This document shows positions 63,401-64,000 of a stretch of 64,000 nucleotides of DNA, piece after piece. The stretch's first letter is position 1, and each line of letters opens with the position of its first letter. This DNA is from Dimorphilus gyrociliatus. Its lineage: Eukaryota; Animalia; Annelida. The position numbers and the translations under genes are program-made. The stretch lies in the NCBI GenBank assembly GCA_904063045.1, contig CAJFCJ010000022.1, positions 248,001 through 312,000 on the forward strand, in the 5' to 3' direction. A model generated the notes under the pieces. It was given only the letters and a program-made list of their open reading frames with translations. It was not told the DNA's origin and searched no databases.

Positions 63401-64000
63401 AAAAATTAATTAAGATTAATTTACTATCAAGGAAGCTACACGACTATTGCCAAGGTAGAAGCCTATTACCTAGGTACTACTTGTTATTGTGTAAATTTAT
63501 CTACAATCTTCAATATATATTCATGCTAGCATATATATATATATATATGTACAGTATATAAATTTATATATATACTGTATATTCTGTATATACATGAGCG
63601 CATTAATTTACTCAAGATGATAAATATGCTAGATAAATAGTAAATAAGTATTAGTGTATATATAGAAAATACAAATTTATATGTACTGTATATATAGCAC
63701 AGATATAAATATTTATATATATATATATATATATTTGATAAATCTACTGTAAGGGTGCACATCTGTGCATAAGTCTTGTGTATTAAATGTAGAGTAGATA
63801 CGATGACACCTACGCTTGTCTAAAGGGCACCTTGAAGAAAAAAAACAACTTGACAAATGTTCGATTTTTTAATGCTTTTCTTTCTTTTTACATTAAATTT
63901 ATAAAAGTGTAAAATAATTGGGACTTTATTGAAATATAATAGTCAGGTGAAACTTACATTTTTCAGTTTGCTATAGAAGAAGAATGAACGTATTGATAAT

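Noticed and set aside
1-64000. tRNA, rRNA, snRNA, CRISPR array or autonomous mobile element
   Set aside because: No A/B-box cloverleaf, rRNA-like sequence, repeat-spacer array or RT/transposase motif seen by eye; tRNAscan-SE, Infernal and RepeatMasker would be decisive.

Overview
Eukaryotic (animal) DNA, very AT-rich and compact, with many 49-90 nt introns and many microsatellites. It looks like a small-genome invertebrate, probably a lophotrochozoan; the species cannot be established from the sequence. Hand-built spliced models, checked for GT-AG sites and reading phase, give in order: two tandem FMRFamide/SPR-type peptide GPCRs (minus), WDR89 (plus, 11 exons), an intronless RING-Bbox-Bbox-NHL-like TRIM gene (plus), an intronless DC-STAMP-domain gene (minus), a complete 871-aa group II/III-type metabotropic glutamate receptor (minus, 6 coding exons), two intronless orphan class A GPCRs (plus, the first frameshifted), ARHGEF17 (minus), and a related intron-containing orphan GPCR (minus). 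The most unusual signal is in the mGluR gene. The ends of its phase-0 introns carry a shared complementary motif (UGAACGAA after donors, UUCGUYCA before acceptors) able to form competing 14-19 bp duplexes, and the protein-predicted acceptor of intron 3 reads GG instead of AG. Several short-exon candidate genes below the ORF-track threshold are also flagged. I found no rRNA, tRNA, CRISPR array or recognisable transposon. All family assignments come from motif recognition and memory, not database searches.
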